DNA of 48,603 nt from Gemmatimonadota bacterium (GCA_039586365.1 JBDHKN010000024.1:1-48603); one strand, 5' to 3'. Positions 1-10,592 are shown, counted from the stretch's first letter. Notes: generated from the letters alone by a model not told the origin. Program-made: numbers and translations.

Positions 1-243
1 ACGCGCAACGGGTCTCCGTTGGACGGACCGGATGGTTCAGGATCGTTGCCATTTGTCGCTCAGCCCGACCGTTTTGGGAATCGCTTACGGTTCGGGATCG
101 CTTGGGCAGACTACGAAGACCTGCTTGGTGGTATTGTCGTGCGTGCACATGGATTGAACGCTGAGCGGCTCCCAACAACCGCGGACAATACAGATATCTA
201 CAGGCTGCTATACGCGACCGTGTTTGGAAACTGGCTGCAATAG
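1..243 (+). CDS. 3' end of a CDS truncated by the window edge; probably alkaline phosphatase family
   Basis: The frame is open from base 1 to TAG at 243. The C-terminal 'VVRAHGLNAERL..TADNTDIY' resembles the alkaline phosphatase C-terminal AxGxxA...DNTDI motif. Confidence 0.5.
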   Translation, partial: TRNGSPLDGPDGSGSLPFVAQPDRFGNRLRFGIAWADYEDLLGGIVVRAHGLNAERLPTTADNTDIYRLLYATVFGNWLQ

Positions 244-382
244 CACGCGCCTGTCTTTGGGTATTCCCGTGTCGGTTGTACGTAGAGCAGGTCGCTCGAC
301 ATCTTTTGTCACTTTCATGGTTTCTGGGCTATGGAGGTGACAATGCGTCTGATTGCGGAGGCGAACGTCAGCATGGGGGCAA

Positions 383-994
383 ATGGGTTCTGAATTCGCT
401 GTCTACTTTCGGCTCGGCATCGAGCACATCGCAGACATCAGGGGCTACGATCACATCCTCTTCATAGCGGCACTCACAGTCGCATACTCCCTGCGCGAGT
501 GGAGGAGATTGCTGATCCTGGTTACTGCTTTCACTCTGGGCCACTCCGTAACACTGGCGTTGGCAACCATAGGCGCGATAAGGGCCAACACAACCCTGAT
601 AGAGGTCCTGATGCCGGTCACGATATTGGTCACCAGTGTTTTCAATATTGCTGATAGCGGTGTCACGACCTCGAGTGATGAGGGTGCCACTCGTGCTCGG
701 CGGCATCACAAAGTGCTATATGGCCTGGCCGGCGGCTTCGGTCTCATCCACGGATTTGGTTTCTCGAGTTTCCTCAGAGTTGTACTCGGTGAGGAAGCGA
801 GTATCGTTGTACCCTTGTTCGCTTTCAATGTGGGTTTGGAGATCGGTCAGATAATGATCGTGACGGCGATATTCGTCGCAGGTGCTATTCTCACCAAGTT
901 AATAGGCATGTTGAGACGAGATTGGTTGCTGATTGTATCCGGAGCAACCGCCGGTATCGCCATCACTCTGATAATAGACCGGATTCCTGGATAA
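383..994 (+). CDS. HupE/UreJ-family integral membrane protein
   Basis: Motifs 'LGIEHI..GYDHILF', 'TAFTLGHSVTL', 'FGLIHGFGF' and 'FNVGLEIGQ', with multiple hydrophobic helices. Start taken at ATG 383. Confidence 0.85.
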   Translation: MGSEFAVYFRLGIEHIADIRGYDHILFIAALTVAYSLREWRRLLILVTAFTLGHSVTLALATIGAIRANTTLIEVLMPVTILVTSVFNIADSGVTTSSDEGATRARRHHKVLYGLAGGFGLIHGFGFSSFLRVVLGEEASIVVPLFAFNVGLEIGQIMIVTAIFVAGAILTKLIGMLRRDWLLIVSGATAGIAITLIIDRIPG

Positions 995-1044
995 CTCGCT
1001 GGGGATGTGAAGCGCAAAAGTGATTCCGCGAGAGAGAGGTAAAC

Positions 1045-3102
1045 GTGAAGACCAAGGACGTTAGGCAGTTCATGCAACGGTGCTTGCTCGTGGTGGCGGT
1101 CCCAGTATTGCTACCCTCGGCGGTGGGTGCGCAACATTGGTTGCATGACGACAGTTCTCGCACCAACCGATCGATGTTCAGACCGCTCGACTGGCCCGAT
1201 CCCACCGACATCCGTAATGCTGCCGGATCGCCCGGGACACGCTATTGGCAGCAACAGGTTGACTACCGGATTGAGGCCAGCCTCGACACGGTGGGACATG
1301 TAATAACTGGGTCGGAGCGCATCACGTACCACAACAACTCACCGGACCGCCTGCGCTACCTGTGGATTCAGCTGGATCAGAATGTGCGCTCGATTGAACA
1401 CAGTCGGTCGTACAAGACCCAGGGAGCGCTGCCGGAGGAGCTGAGCCCTCGGGCCCGCCAATTCCTCGGGCAATCGCAGTTCGATGGTGGCCACAACATC
1501 ACACGTGTGCAACTCGTCGATGCAGGGGGGTTGGTGGACACACGCTACATCATAAATGGCTCCATGATGCGAGTGGATCTGAACCATCCGCTGGAAAGTG
1601 GTGCGACTACGCAACTCGAAGTCGACTGGAGCTACCGCATTCCCGATACCGGTCGGGGAGGCAAGGAGTTGGTCAGCGACGGGTGGATTTACGAGATGGC
1701 ACAGTGGTTCCCCCGCTTGGCCGTGTACGATGACGTCAACGGTTGGCAGACCGATCAGTTCCTTGGACGTGGTGAGTTCTATCTGGAATTCGGGGACTAC
1801 GATGTCAGAGTCACAGTCCCATGGAACCACGTAGTCGATGCCACCGGTGTTCTCCAGAATCCCGAAGACGTGCTGACTCAGACCCAGCGTGCGAGAATTG
1901 CTGAGGCAATGAACAGCGAGGAACCGACGTTCATCCTCACAGCCGATGAGGTCATGACGCCGCAGAGCCGACCGGTACAGAGCGGGACTCTGACATGGCA
2001 CTACGTAGCTGAGAACGTGCGGGATTTTGCTTGGGTGAGTTCCAAGACGTTTGTGTGGGATGCTGCTGGTTTCCGTTATGAGCCGAACGGTAGGCTCATC
2101 GAAACACACTCGTTCTATCCGCGGGACGCCATGCCCCTTTGGGATAGCGTCTCCACCAGGGCCATTATCCAGACGATGAAGACTTACGGACGAATGGCGT
2201 TCGAGTACCCCTACCCCAAGGCTACCAACGTCAATGGGCCGGCAGGTGGTATGGAATATCCCATGATGGCGTTTTGTGGCGCACGGCCCCGTGAGGACGG
2301 TAGCTACACGGAAGGAATCGCCCACGCGCTCATCTCGGTGACGATTCATGAGGTAGGGCATAACTGGTTCCCCATGATCGTCGCATCCGACGAGCGGAAG
2401 TGGACGTGGATGGACGAGGGGTTGAATACCTTCTTGCAGCATTACGCGGAATTGGCTTGGGATCCGAACTACCCGAGTAGGCGGGGTCCAGCTCCCAACA
2501 TCGTGCCCTACATGCAGGACCCCGACCAGGTGCCGATCATGACGGCGTCCGACCTGATTCACAAAGACTTCAATCCCAATGGGTATGCCAAGCCTGCGAC
2601 GGGTCTGGTCATGCTGCGTGAGCAGGTGCTAGGAGAGCAACTGTTTGACGCAGCATTTCAAGAGTACTCACAGAAGTGGATGTTCAAGAAACCGCAGCCT
2701 GCTGACTTCTTCAGATCCATCGAGGACGGCTCCGGGGAGCTACTCAACTGGTTTTGGCGCGGTTGGTTCTATACCACACACTTCAACGATCAAGCCCTCG
2801 TATCCGTCACCTCGCAGAATGCTGAGGAGTTGATCGGCGCTGCTGACCGTGGACAGACGTACTATAGAATCCGTGTCGACAATGAGGGTGGGTTGGTGAT
2901 GCCACTCCACATCGGGATCACGTACGAGGACGGCACGTCTGAACTCATCAAGTTGCCCGTAGATCTGTGGCGCAACAACGAGTTGACGTTCGTCTATGGT
3001 TTCTTTACCGACAAGACCATAGTCGAAGTCGTGATCGATCCGAATCAGGTGTTCGCTGATATCAACCTCGACAACAATCGTTGGACGGCACCAATTCCCT
3101 GA
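1045..3102 (+). CDS. Secreted M1-family zinc aminopeptidase
   Basis: GGMEYP exopeptidase motif, HEVGH zinc motif and downstream WMDEG glutamate. N-terminal signal peptide (AVGA-Q). GAGG RBS before GTG. Confidence 0.9.
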   Translation: MKTKDVRQFMQRCLLVVAVPVLLPSAVGAQHWLHDDSSRTNRSMFRPLDWPDPTDIRNAAGSPGTRYWQQQVDYRIEASLDTVGHVITGSERITYHNNSPDRLRYLWIQLDQNVRSIEHSRSYKTQGALPEELSPRARQFLGQSQFDGGHNITRVQLVDAGGLVDTRYIINGSMMRVDLNHPLESGATTQLEVDWSYRIPDTGRGGKELVSDGWIYEMAQWFPRLAVYDDVNGWQTDQFLGRGEFYLEFGDYDVRVTVPWNHVVDATGVLQNPEDVLTQTQRARIAEAMNSEEPTFILTADEVMTPQSRPVQSGTLTWHYVAENVRDFAWVSSKTFVWDAAGFRYEPNGRLIETHSFYPRDAMPLWDSVSTRAIIQTMKTYGRMAFEYPYPKATNVNGPAGGMEYPMMAFCGARPREDGSYTEGIAHALISVTIHEVGHNWFPMIVASDERKWTWMDEGLNTFLQHYAELAWDPNYPSRRGPAPNIVPYMQDPDQVPIMTASDLIHKDFNPNGYAKPATGLVMLREQVLGEQLFDAAFQEYSQKWMFKKPQPADFFRSIEDGSGELLNWFWRGWFYTTHFNDQALVSVTSQNAEELIGAADRGQTYYRIRVDNEGGLVMPLHIGITYEDGTSELIKLPVDLWRNNELTFVYGFFTDKTIVEVVIDPNQVFADINLDNNRWTAPIP

Positions 3103-3117
3103 CCTCTGAGACCTAGC

Positions 3118-3639
3118 GTGCACGGAATTGCGCTCCTACTGACTGGGCTCGTCCTGGGGCTGGCACCCCAAGGGCACCCGGGTGAGCCCAGCCTTTGTCA
3201 CCCACTGCATCTATCATACGCGAGCATGGTGTTGGAGGGGGAGTATGTGGTGTTGAAGGTCCGGATGTTCCAGGACGATTTGGAGGATGCGCTGGGTCAG
3301 TTTCACAATATAGAAGCACTCGGACTCCGGGCAGATCCGATCATCGACTCACTGTTCACTAGCTATTTCAACACCCAGTTCACCTTGGCAATAGGAGACA
3401 CCACTGTTAACGGCGTGGTTGTGGCAAGCGGAGAATCGGATGATATGTGGTGGTTCACGGTCTTGTTTGAGAGCTGGGAACCAATCACAGAGATCAGTTT
3501 TCGAAACGACTTGCTGTTCGATTTGTTTGACGACCAGCGCAACATCACTCGTGTTCTATACACACCCACCGAACGCCATCGCACATACTACTCAGTAGCA
3601 TCTGATCCCGAAACGCACAGGTTTTCGGCGTACGATTGA
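3118..3639 (+). CDS. DUF6702-like exported protein
   Basis: Signal peptide followed by 'HPLHLS', 'RMFQDDLEDAL' and 'NDLLFDLFDDQRN', which match my recollection of DUF6702. Lies 15 bp after the M1 peptidase. Confidence 0.65.
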   Translation: MHGIALLLTGLVLGLAPQGHPGEPSLCHPLHLSYASMVLEGEYVVLKVRMFQDDLEDALGQFHNIEALGLRADPIIDSLFTSYFNTQFTLAIGDTTVNGVVVASGESDDMWWFTVLFESWEPITEISFRNDLLFDLFDDQRNITRVLYTPTERHRTYYSVASDPETHRFSAYD

Positions 3640-3832
3640 ACGTCCCACAGCGGATAGATACCGTTGCAGCTCGACTTTGCCGGGGCAACCTGCGGCAGTC
3701 TTACACATTCAGAGACTTGCTTACCTTACCTCAGTAGAGGTATTCTGGTTGAACCTTTCTCTGTACTGCAAGACCGGGTGGAGGAGTAGTACCCCCCATG
3801 TTCCACTCGGTGTCCATGAGGCTGATAACGAA

Positions 3833-6208
3833 GTGATAGTGCATCTGCTGACTGCTGTTCTGGTTGCGACCAGCTCGGTGCCACAGGGTGGCATGGCAGG
3901 ATCGATTGCGGGCCGCGTCGAGCCCTCCGATTCGCTGGTGTTCAGCGGCCGTCAGGGGCAACTGCAAGTCGACGTGCCGCGTCTGGTAGACCCGGGTCTG
4001 AGGATCGATGGAAGGCTCGACGAAGAGGCTTGGTCCGCGGCTGCCGTCATGACCGATTTCAGCCAGTACGAGCCAGTTGAGGGGATTCCCTCAACTGAAG
4101 CAACCGAGATTCGCATTTTCTACACATCCGATGCCATCTACTTTGGCGTGCGTGCGCTGGACCGCGAACCAGAGCTGATTCTCGCGCGGTTGGGTGAGCG
4201 CGATCGCGCTGTTTTTGGAGACGATTGGGTCCGCATCATGCTGGATACATTCGACGACCAGAGGCAAGCGTACGTGTTCTACGTGAACCCGCTGGGGCTG
4301 CAGACAGATGGTCTCTGGATCGAGGGAATGCAACGTCGTCCGGGTTCAGCCTCGTCGGTTTCCATTGACTTCAATCCTGATTTCATCTGGGATTCGAGCG
4401 GGCGAGTTACGAGTGAAGGGTGGACCGCGGAGCTGAAGATCCCGTATGTATCCCTGCGGTTTCGTGAAGTGCCGTTGCAGGACTGGGGAGTGAACGTGAC
4501 GCGCGAGGTAAAGCGCCGCGGATTCAAGCAAGCGTGGGCCCCACTTACCCGCAATGTCTCCAGTACGCTGGCTCAGAGTGGTAGGCTAGTAGGGCTGCGT
4601 GACCTGAAGCCGAGACGGCTGGTGGAACTCAATCCGGTCAGCACTGGCAAGCGCGCGGGTCGGGAAGTAGACGGTCAATTCGTGCGGGACAATGTCGAGG
4701 TTGAGTTCGGGATGAACGGTCGCTACGGAATAACGCGGAACCTAGTCTTGGACGCGACCTTCAATCCGGATTTTTCCCAGGTTGAAGCGGATGCAAACCG
4801 AATCACAGTGAACGAGCGCTTTGCTCTCTACTTCCCGGAAAAGCGGCCCTTTTTCCTCGAGGGAACCGAAATCTTTCGCACCCCACGGAACTTGGTGCAC
4901 ACACGCCAGATTGCCGATCCGAGTGGCGGCGCGAAAGTCACGGGAAAGATCGGTTCATTCAACGTCGGATATTTGGGTGCGCTGGACGACGCGCCGAAGA
5001 CGTTGTACGGCGATAGCAGTTCGGCTGTCTTCAATCTCTTGAGGCTGCGGCGGGATATCGGTTCTGGTTCGACTGTGGGATTGCTCTATACGGACCGTAC
5101 TGTCACTGACGGCGGTGGCTTCAACCGTGTGATGTCGGGCGACGTCAGACTCCTGTTCAATGGCCGTTACACGTTGACCACGCAATTCGCGGGAAGTTGG
5201 ACGTCCGCGGGGGCGGGTGACAATACGAAGTTACAGCCATTGGTGACCGCAAGCCTGGAGCGGAGTGGCCGCACGTTCGGGTTCCAGGTGAAGTTCGATG
5301 ATGTGCATCCGGAGTTCCGCACCGAGAGTGGGTTCATCCCGCGGGTCGGAGATACGGAGACGTTCGGGACTGTGCGCGTCACGCGCTTCGGCAAGCCCGG
5401 GTCCACGCTCGAGCAGCTGGGAATTGAAGTGCGGGGGGACGCTTTCTTTGATCATGAAGAGTTCTGGGACGGTGGCAGTCCGTTCGAAGCCGAGATAGAA
5501 CTGCAGCCAACCCTATCGTTCAAAGGTGATCGCTCTCTCGCCATCATACTCAGAGACGGGTTCTTCCGATTCCGCCCGGAAGACTACGCTGCCTACGAGG
5601 TGCTGGGAGAGAATGGTGACATGATGCCGTTCACTATCCCGGAGAGTCTCAAGCACCTCAAGGCACTTGCGTTCATACCACGGGCTCGGGTTACCAACCA
5701 GATCCAGGCCAACGGTCGGATCTACTTTCGTGAGATTCCGATTTACGATGAGGCGGCGCGAGGCTTCGAGGTACAGCTGGCACCCGACATAACGGTCCGT
5801 CCCACAACTGCACTACAGGTGTCGCTGTCTTACAGCTACTCTCGCCTGTGGCGGAACAGGGACCGGTCGGTCTACTCGACGGTCAACATCCCTCGGCTCC
5901 GGACCCAGTATCAGTTCAGCAAGTCACTCTTCCTGCGGGCGGTCGTGCAGTACGAGCTGGAAGATAGGAGTGCTCTACGCGACCCGACTACGGAATTGCC
6001 GCTGTTGATATCCGGCTCCGCGGCAGACAGAAGCGAGGAGGGGAGCTTCCAAGCTCAGTTCCTGCTGTCATACCAGCCCTCACCTGGTACCATCTTCTTC
6101 ATTGGGTACACCAGGCTGGAGGTAGGCGAGCGCACCTACCGACTTTCACGGATGGATCCAACGGAAGACGGTCTGTTTGTCAAGTTGAGTTACTTGTTCC
6201 GGATGTGA
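3833..6208 (+). CDS. CBM9-like / DUF5916-domain protein, probably outer-membrane associated
   Basis: N-terminal 'IDGRLDEEAW' and 'WTAELKIP' (CBM9-like), plus 'LDATFNPDFSQVEAD' and 'FPEKRPFFLEG' (DUF5916). Ends in amphipathic beta strands (KLSYLFRM). Start GTG 3833 is approximate. Confidence 0.8.
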   Translation: MIVHLLTAVLVATSSVPQGGMAGSIAGRVEPSDSLVFSGRQGQLQVDVPRLVDPGLRIDGRLDEEAWSAAAVMTDFSQYEPVEGIPSTEATEIRIFYTSDAIYFGVRALDREPELILARLGERDRAVFGDDWVRIMLDTFDDQRQAYVFYVNPLGLQTDGLWIEGMQRRPGSASSVSIDFNPDFIWDSSGRVTSEGWTAELKIPYVSLRFREVPLQDWGVNVTREVKRRGFKQAWAPLTRNVSSTLAQSGRLVGLRDLKPRRLVELNPVSTGKRAGREVDGQFVRDNVEVEFGMNGRYGITRNLVLDATFNPDFSQVEADANRITVNERFALYFPEKRPFFLEGTEIFRTPRNLVHTRQIADPSGGAKVTGKIGSFNVGYLGALDDAPKTLYGDSSSAVFNLLRLRRDIGSGSTVGLLYTDRTVTDGGGFNRVMSGDVRLLFNGRYTLTTQFAGSWTSAGAGDNTKLQPLVTASLERSGRTFGFQVKFDDVHPEFRTESGFIPRVGDTETFGTVRVTRFGKPGSTLEQLGIEVRGDAFFDHEEFWDGGSPFEAEIELQPTLSFKGDRSLAIILRDGFFRFRPEDYAAYEVLGENGDMMPFTIPESLKHLKALAFIPRARVTNQIQANGRIYFREIPIYDEAARGFEVQLAPDITVRPTTALQVSLSYSYSRLWRNRDRSVYSTVNIPRLRTQYQFSKSLFLRAVVQYELEDRSALRDPTTELPLLISGSAADRSEEGSFQAQFLLSYQPSPGTIFFIGYTRLEVGERTYRLSRMDPTEDGLFVKLSYLFRM

Positions 6209-6242
6209 CTTTCCCTCTGTGGTCCCCTGCCGTGTTCGATGC

Positions 6243-8147
6243 TCAGGGTTGCAGCCGACCTACGGTCACTCGTGACGGATATTCTGCCGACCTGTGGAGC
6301 GTGTGTGTTGCCGTGCGGAAATCCGCCTCGCTGGCGTTGTAGATGTCCACGAAAGTCTGTGGATTCATATCCACCAGCGGGAACCAGGAGCTCTGTACCT
6401 GCACCATGATTCTGTGTCCGGCCTTGAACGTGTGGAAGATGTCGGGCGCGTCGAAAGTGACCCGAGTTACTTCTCCTGGCGTGAGTGGTTGTGGAACCTC
6501 GAAACTGTCGCGGAACTTGGCCCGCATGACCTCACCGCGCACTAGCATCTGATAGCCACCCATCGGGACATTCAGATAAGGGTCATCGACTGCAGGGGCG
6601 TCGTCCGGGTACACATCGATCAGCTTGACAACGAAGTCCGCATCCGTCCCCGTAGTCGAGATGAACAGGTCGGATGTGACGGGTCCCGCGAGAGCAACAT
6701 CTTCGGTCAATACGTCGGTCCGATAGACAAGGACGTCTGGTCGTCCTGCCACGAAACGTTGATCCTCTATCATGTACTCGCGAGTGCGGACGGTCGTGAT
6801 CTCCTGGGTATAGGGTACCGGATTCGCGGGGTCACTCACGTATGAATCGCCTTGCAGTGTTCCGTCGCCTGGCGGATCGAATGTGAGTGTGCCGTTTGCG
6901 TTGAAATAGAGCGAAGCGGGAATAGCCTCTGGCGGGGGCCAGGCATCGAACTGATGCCACTCGTTGGAACCGCTGGCAAACACCAGTGCTTCCGGCAACT
7001 CCAGTTCGCCCTCGTCCTTCAGGTAGTAGTTGAAGAAGGCAATGTCTACGTTCTCCCGATAGTACTCACCCGTTGGCTGTTCGAAGGAAGCATTTCCCAG
7101 GTGGTCTCCGCGCGCTCGCACCCAGCCTCCGTGATACCAGGGGCCCATCACGAGAGTGTTCTGGATGCCCGGGTTCTGCTCCTCGATGGATTTGTAGATC
7201 TCGATCGGACCGTACGGATCTTCAGCGTCGAACCATCCCCCTACTGTCATGACCGCACTGGTCACGTTATCCATGTAGGGGATGATGTTCCGCGACTGCC
7301 AGAACTCGTCGTAGGTGCCGTGGGTCATCATGGAGTCCCAGAACGCAACCTGATGGTGGAAGTGGCGTTCATTGGCGTTCCGTAGGGGACCCAATCCGAG
7401 AAAGAACTCGTAGGCGCCATCTGTGGGGAATTCGAATGGGGTCCCTCCCTCTGTTGTGGGCTCCGGCCTGTTGCTCTTGAAGGCTGGGAAGAACCGCCAA
7501 GCATCGTGCAGGTAGAACGCACCCTTGTGATGGAAGTCGTCACCCACAAACCAATCACCTATCGGAGCTTGGGGTGACGCCGCCCTTATGGCCGGGTGTG
7601 TGTTAATGATGCTCGCTGCGGTATAGAAGCCCGGGTACGAGATTCCCCAGATACCCACCCGACCACTGTTCGGCTGTACATTTTCGAGTAGCCACTCGAC
7701 GGTGTCGTACATGTCGCTGCTCTCATCCACGTCCTCCGGTCCATCCTTTGCGATTACGTGTGGAGTCATGTTGCGGAAGACGCCCTCCGACATGTAGCGG
7801 CCTCGCACATCCTGATACACGAAGATGTAACCCTCCTCAGCGAACCGACGTGAACCCAGTGGACCGAGCAGGGAGGGGAAATTGCTCTCACCGTAGGGGC
7901 TGATCGTATACGGCGTCCGCTTGATCAGGAATGGGTAGCTCCGTGCTGTGTCTCGGGGCGTGTATACGGCGGTGAAGAGTCTTGCACCATCCCTCATCGG
8001 AATCTGATACTCGTGCTTGCGGTAGTTGTCCTGCATGTACTGTACGTCTGCTTGTTCTCCGTCTCCCGTTGACGAAGTGCACGAGATGGCAAGCACCGCC
8101 ACGATAGCCGCGGCCACCGTCGTTCGGATCCGATGATTCGTGTTCAT
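6243..8147 (-). CDS. CocE/NonD-family serine hydrolase lipoprotein (S15, glutaryl-7-ACA acylase-like)
   Basis: 'IPMRDG', 'RTPY', 'QDVRGRYMSEG', nucleophile motif GISYPG and 'GPWYHG'. Lipobox LAISC. GGAG RBS before ATG 8147. Confidence 0.9.
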   Translation of the reverse strand: MNTNHRIRTTVAAAIVAVLAISCTSSTGDGEQADVQYMQDNYRKHEYQIPMRDGARLFTAVYTPRDTARSYPFLIKRTPYTISPYGESNFPSLLGPLGSRRFAEEGYIFVYQDVRGRYMSEGVFRNMTPHVIAKDGPEDVDESSDMYDTVEWLLENVQPNSGRVGIWGISYPGFYTAASIINTHPAIRAASPQAPIGDWFVGDDFHHKGAFYLHDAWRFFPAFKSNRPEPTTEGGTPFEFPTDGAYEFFLGLGPLRNANERHFHHQVAFWDSMMTHGTYDEFWQSRNIIPYMDNVTSAVMTVGGWFDAEDPYGPIEIYKSIEEQNPGIQNTLVMGPWYHGGWVRARGDHLGNASFEQPTGEYYRENVDIAFFNYYLKDEGELELPEALVFASGSNEWHQFDAWPPPEAIPASLYFNANGTLTFDPPGDGTLQGDSYVSDPANPVPYTQEITTVRTREYMIEDQRFVAGRPDVLVYRTDVLTEDVALAGPVTSDLFISTTGTDADFVVKLIDVYPDDAPAVDDPYLNVPMGGYQMLVRGEVMRAKFRDSFEVPQPLTPGEVTRVTFDAPDIFHTFKAGHRIMVQVQSSWFPLVDMNPQTFVDIYNASEADFRTATHTLHRSAEYPSRVTVGRLQP

Positions 8148-8413
8148 GTTACCACTCCGTTGGTATGTCACGTTGTTGCGTCGGCCGATACGTTCTAACC
8201 CTCCTGATTGCCGTCGACGGAGATGAGGAGTAGCCGTAGCTGTTATGTGCCATCAGTCCTGCAAACGCAAGGGGGAACCGCGACGACGCTCCAGCTCGCG
8301 GCGCAGGCGAGCCAGAGCTACATTCCCGCTTGAATTGGAGTTGCGTATTTCGGCACGCGTGGGATGGAACATCGCCTGGGATGCGCCAGCTGATTCCCGG
8401 CTGAGGAGACATC

Positions 8414-9949
8414 ATGACACCGATCAAGACAGTCGCCCTGATCTTTCTGCTGCCCGCTATTGCCTGCACCACAGAGCAGACCTTTCGGGTAGCCGTTGCC
8501 GAGTTCTCTCACGAGACCTGTACCTTCTGTCCCGGGGGGGATACGGATATCGACAAATGGACCCGGCTTCGCATGCCCTATGAAGGTGATGAACTCTTGG
8601 AGACGGGGGGGTACGTTGGTGGCTTCGTGGCGAGGGCCCGGGAATATGGCAACGTCGAACTCGTGGGACTCACGTCACCTGCAGGGGTATTCGGTGGGTC
8701 ATCTTCGAGCTGGAATACGGAGGAGGCTTTCGACCATTTCACCGACCTGATGTTGAGCGATCTCAGAGAACAGATGCCGGTGGACGGCGTGTATCTCGCG
8801 CTGCACGGTGCCATGGCGGTCCGCAACGTACCGCGTCCCGAGGCGGAGATAGCGCGCCGATTCCGCGAGGTGGTCGGACCTGACGTGCCCATAGCCGGCA
8901 CTTTCGACCTGCACGGCAACGAAGACGAGGAGTTCCTGGCGGCTGCCGATATGGCGTTCACCGTCAAGCGGTACCCCCATTACGACGCCTATATCCAAGG
9001 AGAGCGAGCCGCCCGGATGTTGATTCGCACCATGCGGGGTGACTTCACTCCTACAACCGCGACGCGCAGGCCGGGAATAATCACGGCGACCGTCCTGCAG
9101 TGGACCGGCGCATCACCGTCAATGGACATCATGGAAAGAGCCCGGCGCTGGGAAGCCCGCGAGAATGATGCTTATGTCAGTGTGTTCTACGGCTATCCGT
9201 GGTCTGATGTACCGGACGTGGGCGCCACGGTCATGGTAGTGACGAACAACGACCAGGAACTGGCGGATCGGATTGCTGAAGACATGTCTAACTACATGTG
9301 GCGTGTACGCGAGCAGTTCGCCCACGGCCAATACCCATTGCCGCGCGAGGGCGTGCGCCAAGTTCGCAGCGCCGTCGCTGCCGGTCAGACTCCGGTGGTG
9401 ATCGGGGACCACAGTGACCGCCCAGGTGATGCGACTTTCATCCTCAAGGAGTTGATTGATCAAGGGGTCGATAACTTCATCTTGGGTGCACTGCGCGATG
9501 AGCGAGCGCTCGAGGAGCTGGCCGAGGCAAATGCTCAAGCTGAGGACCATTTTGCCATGGACGTGGGAGGCTTCACCCCCAGCGGTGGGTCACCTGTGCA
9601 CATCGAAGGTACGTTGGTGTATTTCGGACCGCGCTGGTCCTATGAGCATGTGGCGGCCATAGAGTTCGGCAATCACAACATGCTCCTGATCGCTCCAGCG
9701 TACACCCAACTGACCTCGCCTGAGCAAATGAGGTTTGGGCCAATCGATCCGGATCAGTACGAGGTGTTCGTGGTGAAGTCGAGGGTGCATTTCAGACGAG
9801 GGTTCGACGAGACTGGTTATGCCAAGTCGATAGTGATTATTGAAGCGCCGGGGCCGTTCGTCGGGACTACTCACCTGGATGCACTCGACTACCAGTTTGG
9901 CCCGATCGACAAGCTGTATCCGTTTGGCATGCCGGATGGGAGGCGGTAG
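8414..9949 (+). CDS. M81 / MlrC-family metallopeptidase, probable lipoprotein
   Basis: Motifs 'HETCTF', 'LALHGAM', 'DLHGN', 'YPHYD' and 'VVKSRVHF'. Lipobox AIAC. GAGGAG RBS. Confidence 0.88.
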   Translation: MTPIKTVALIFLLPAIACTTEQTFRVAVAEFSHETCTFCPGGDTDIDKWTRLRMPYEGDELLETGGYVGGFVARAREYGNVELVGLTSPAGVFGGSSSSWNTEEAFDHFTDLMLSDLREQMPVDGVYLALHGAMAVRNVPRPEAEIARRFREVVGPDVPIAGTFDLHGNEDEEFLAAADMAFTVKRYPHYDAYIQGERAARMLIRTMRGDFTPTTATRRPGIITATVLQWTGASPSMDIMERARRWEARENDAYVSVFYGYPWSDVPDVGATVMVVTNNDQELADRIAEDMSNYMWRVREQFAHGQYPLPREGVRQVRSAVAAGQTPVVIGDHSDRPGDATFILKELIDQGVDNFILGALRDERALEELAEANAQAEDHFAMDVGGFTPSGGSPVHIEGTLVYFGPRWSYEHVAAIEFGNHNMLLIAPAYTQLTSPEQMRFGPIDPDQYEVFVVKSRVHFRRGFDETGYAKSIVIIEAPGPFVGTTHLDALDYQFGPIDKLYPFGMPDGRR

Positions 9950-9996
9950 GGCGCGACTCAATGCTCTTGGAGTCCCCGGGGAAGGTTAGCCGGCAT

Positions 9997-10027
9997 AAAG
10001 AAAGACGGTGGGCAGAGCCTCCCGTCT
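9997..10027 (-). terminator. Probable intrinsic terminator of the 10060-10521 gene
   Basis: Minus strand reads AGACGGGAGGC-TCT-GCCCACCGTCT (imperfect stem) followed by TTCTTT, between convergent genes. Confidence 0.45.
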
Positions 10028-10059
10028 CCGGTTCGACGCCGAGGATTGTTGTTGCTCTG

Positions 10060-10521
10060 CTACATCGCCGTGACGCTCACCTCGCTCCAGGGAGCGTGAT
10101 GAACTCGATTGTACCGCTGCACCGCGTCGCGGGCTGCGGAGATTCCTGATACCACTTCCCGCTGGAACTCAGCCGGCAGCTCTTCCGTGCCTGCTGGTAC
10201 TGTTATGGACGCTTCGTAGTCGTTCAGAAAGCAGCGACGATCCGAAGCAGTGCCGTCTGGCTTGGTGAAAGCCCGGTTGTGTGCGAGCTCGATATCGAGG
10301 CGAACTGATTCCCGCCACCGGAACAGGGAAGCCACGACTTCTCCCTTGCCGATTCCGTCCGGGAAGCGCAGCGGAGCGGTTACCTTGACACCAGGTCCCT
10401 CCAGCTCGCCCACCGTTGGAACGGCATCCGTCAGGCGCTGCAGCAGACCCTCGACCGCGGGAACTAGGTTCCCGATCGTTTCGTCGAGTTCCCGGCATAT
10501 TACCGGAAGACTGCTGTCCAT
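10060..10521 (-). CDS. Hypothetical protein (~153 aa)
   Basis: Fills the gap with protein-like composition, has a candidate upstream promoter and a downstream terminator. No recognisable motif. Start could be 10533. Confidence 0.65.
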   Translation of the reverse strand: MDSSLPVICRELDETIGNLVPAVEGLLQRLTDAVPTVGELEGPGVKVTAPLRFPDGIGKGEVVASLFRWRESVRLDIELAHNRAFTKPDGTASDRRCFLNDYEASITVPAGTEELPAEFQREVVSGISAARDAVQRYNRVHHAPWSEVSVTAM

Positions 10522-10592
10522 GCACCCAGTCATGTGGAACTCCCGTTGAGTTCGTGTTCCGGACCGCGATTTGGCCCTGCAGCTACATGATT

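Noticed and set aside
1339..2562. 407-aa antisense ORF (likewise 30358-31362, 24493-25176 and 28168-28833)
   Set aside because: These are shadow ORFs opposite well-supported genes, as expected at high GC with codon bias.
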